A stretch of 63,937 nt of DNA, counting the filler, from Chiloscyllium plagiosum (Eukaryota), in assembly GCF_004010195.1 (NCBI RefSeq). It is 4 parts of one record of this genome, joined end to end, with 100 filler letters (N's around TTAATTAATTAA, not from the genome) between each part and the next. Parts side by side here need not be neighbours in the genome. Positions count along the whole stretch, not along the records: positions 61,009 to 63,937 come from NC_057716.1; 3 more parts are not named here. One strand, 5' to 3'. Below are positions 63,485 through 63,937 of this stretch, in pieces (within the stretch, counting starts at the first letter, position 1; the number at the start of each line of letters is the position of its first letter). Made by a program: the position numbers and the translations under genes. Under the pieces are notes generated by a model. That model saw only the letters and a list, made by a program, of their open reading frames with translations, searched no databases and had not been told where the DNA came from.

Positions 63485-63937
63485 CTCTCAGCAGAGCAGG
63501 TAAGGGCTGTTTGGCAGTGGCTGTTTGAAGGCTCGGTGACGTTTGTTTAACGGTTTAAATTTGAAAGTTCTTTTTAAAAAAAAAAGCGCGGAGCGGATCT
63601 GGAAGCTGGTGTAGCGCAAGTGTACCTGGGTAGGTTTTTTTTCCCTGTAAAAATCGCACAGGAAGGGGTGCAGAAGGGAGGGATTCCGGTATCTGGATAA
63701 CTGGGGTTCTTTCTGGGGAAGGTGGGACCTCTATAAACAGGATGGTCTACACCTGAACCTGAGGGGCACCAGTATCCTTGGGGGGAGGTTTGCTAGTGCT
63801 CTTGGGGGGGGGTTTAAACTAACTCTGCAGGGGCATGGGAAACTAGACTGTAGCTTTAGGGTGCAGGACCTGGAGTGTAAGGAGGTTAGGAACATGGCAT
63901 CAATCTCAAAGGAGGGTGCCTGTAAACAGGAAACTGG
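63485..63937 (+). mobile_element. CR1 5' region: putative 5' UTR, ORF1 SGNH-esterase C-terminus and ORF2 junction
   Basis: From 63669: CRREGFRYLDNWGSFWGRWDLYKQDGLHLNLRG (DGLH motif); runs off the window end. Confidence 0.82.

Noticed and set aside
1..63937. Prokaryotic systems (CRISPR arrays, operons, defence islands)
   Set aside because: No regular repeat-spacer arrays or gene-dense ORFs; the content is vertebrate repetitive DNA.

Overview
Repeat-dense eukaryotic DNA, intronic or intergenic. By inference it comes from a shark, because it carries HE1-type V-SINEs, HER1/CR1-type LINEs and SacSINE1-like relics. No host protein-coding gene is securely identifiable; there is one weak exon candidate at 475-542. 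Most listed ORFs are fragments or shadows of retroelements. The window holds many CR1 LINE fragments, Rex1/Babar LINE fragments, a second CR1/L2-related LINE family with a tRNA-like head, a decayed Ty3/Gypsy pol, solo-LTR-like elements and a Tigger/pogo-like MITE. It also holds many Penelope-derived mini-elements. These carry minimal hammerhead-ribozyme cores (CUGANGA-stem II-GAAAC-GUC), often as fold-back insertions with 11-16 bp target-site duplications, and they are the most interesting system seen. Three 100-bp gaps contain an artificial TTAATTAATTAA linker. All family names come from motif recognition, not database searches.
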